The notes beneath the pieces are model-generated. The model saw only the letters and a list, made by a program, of their open reading frames with translations. It was not told the DNA's origin and did no database searches. Shown in pieces: positions 52,850 through 53,684 of a DNA stretch of 53,684 nucleotides. The stretch comes from Intoshia linei (Eukaryota > Animalia > Orthonectida). The stretch is taken from positions 1 to 53,684 of the forward strand of contig LWCA01000107.1 of NCBI GenBank assembly GCA_001642005.1, written 5' to 3'. The translations under genes were made by a program, and so were the position numbers. Numbering within the stretch: position 1 is the stretch's first letter; each line of letters opens with the position of its first letter.

Positions 52850-53400
52850 AATCTTTAATTAACAATAGATTCAACACCTCTTTTATCTCTTTTGTGTTGC
52901 GTCTAATAGGACCTTTAAGTTCATCCTTAAATATCTCCACTCTATAACCATTGTGATATAGTTCTTTTTATGTCATTGCTTTTTTAACTGGTATACCATC
53001 GAAATTGTACGTCGTTCTATTAACTTTATCTTCTATATTCAATTTTTTACGATCTAAGCTGTCTTGTGCAATTTGTTTTATTCTATTATTGTATGCCTCT
53101 TGGCCAAACGTTTCCAGAAATTGCTGTTCACTTAACACTAAAAAAGCATCTTTTGTTACTACATTAGTACACATATTATATTTTACTTCCGGTTTATTCG
53201 GTTTAACGTGATCAATAATCGATGTTATTCTCTTATAGTCCGGTGATTAATTTGTTTTAATACGGTGTCAATAGCTACGTGTTTTAACAGTTTTATTGAC
53301 TGTACCTTCGATCACTTCACAATTTGATATTTCTTTTATATTTACATTAATCGCTTTAGTGGTATGTTGTATTTCATTAAATTTAACCTTTTCTACATAT
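52850..53400 (-). pseudogene. Decayed coding-like sequence of unknown origin
   Basis: A single frame stays protein-like for ~180 codons around ORF 52968-53174 but has several stops; no motif recognised. Confidence 0.3.
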
Positions 53401-53684
53401 ATTTTGAAGTCTTTGTAATCTTTAATTTTAAAGATTAAATATAATATGTCTCACAAATATTTTAGACATATTTGTAATTTGGTTTTTAAATCAATTGACT
53501 CGCTTTATTTCGATAATATAAATAACAAATTAGTTTATTTTACATAGTAGACAATGCATAATACAATTTAAACAGTAAAAAATAGAAGCATTACCTATGA
53601 TGTGTCACTTATAGGATGAGTTAATTGTGGTATTAGGTCGTTTTTTTAACAAAATTAAAAAGTTTATTTGATTACATTAAAAAT

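Noticed and set aside
1-53684. tRNA, rRNA or snRNA genes
   Set aside because: None recognised by eye; a covariance-model scan would be needed to exclude small intronic RNAs.

Overview
This is AT-rich eukaryotic (metazoan) genomic DNA, not prokaryotic. It carries densely packed, divergent housekeeping genes split by very short GT-AG introns (mostly 33-45 nt), plus a few large introns filled with transposons. Genes recognised from spliced translations, in order: ORC4 (+), PTDSS2 (-), an uncharacterised WD40 protein (-), a shortened beta-catenin (+), TOM40 (-), CABIN1 (+), PCCA (+), TMEM165/GDT1 (+), MPHOSPH6 (-), an SLC35A2-like UDP-galactose transporter (+), and a possible small mitochondrial membrane protein. 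Mobile DNA comprises two copies of a defective MULE, several hAT non-autonomous elements with 8-bp TSDs (some nested), a pogo/Tigger-like element, a Tc3-like fragment, an abundant non-autonomous Helitron-like family, and Gypsy and Chapaev-like remnants. The architecture resembles a reduced parasitic invertebrate such as an orthonectid (Intoshia); this is inference only. I found no clearly novel multi-gene system. The best leads are the minimal beta-catenin, an ORC4 lacking Walker A/B motifs, near-zero intergenic distances (4 and 24 bp tail-to-tail; 66 and 72 bp head-to-tail, operon-like), and lesions shared by both MULE copies. All gene models and family comparisons were made by eye from remembered motifs, so exon boundaries are approximate.
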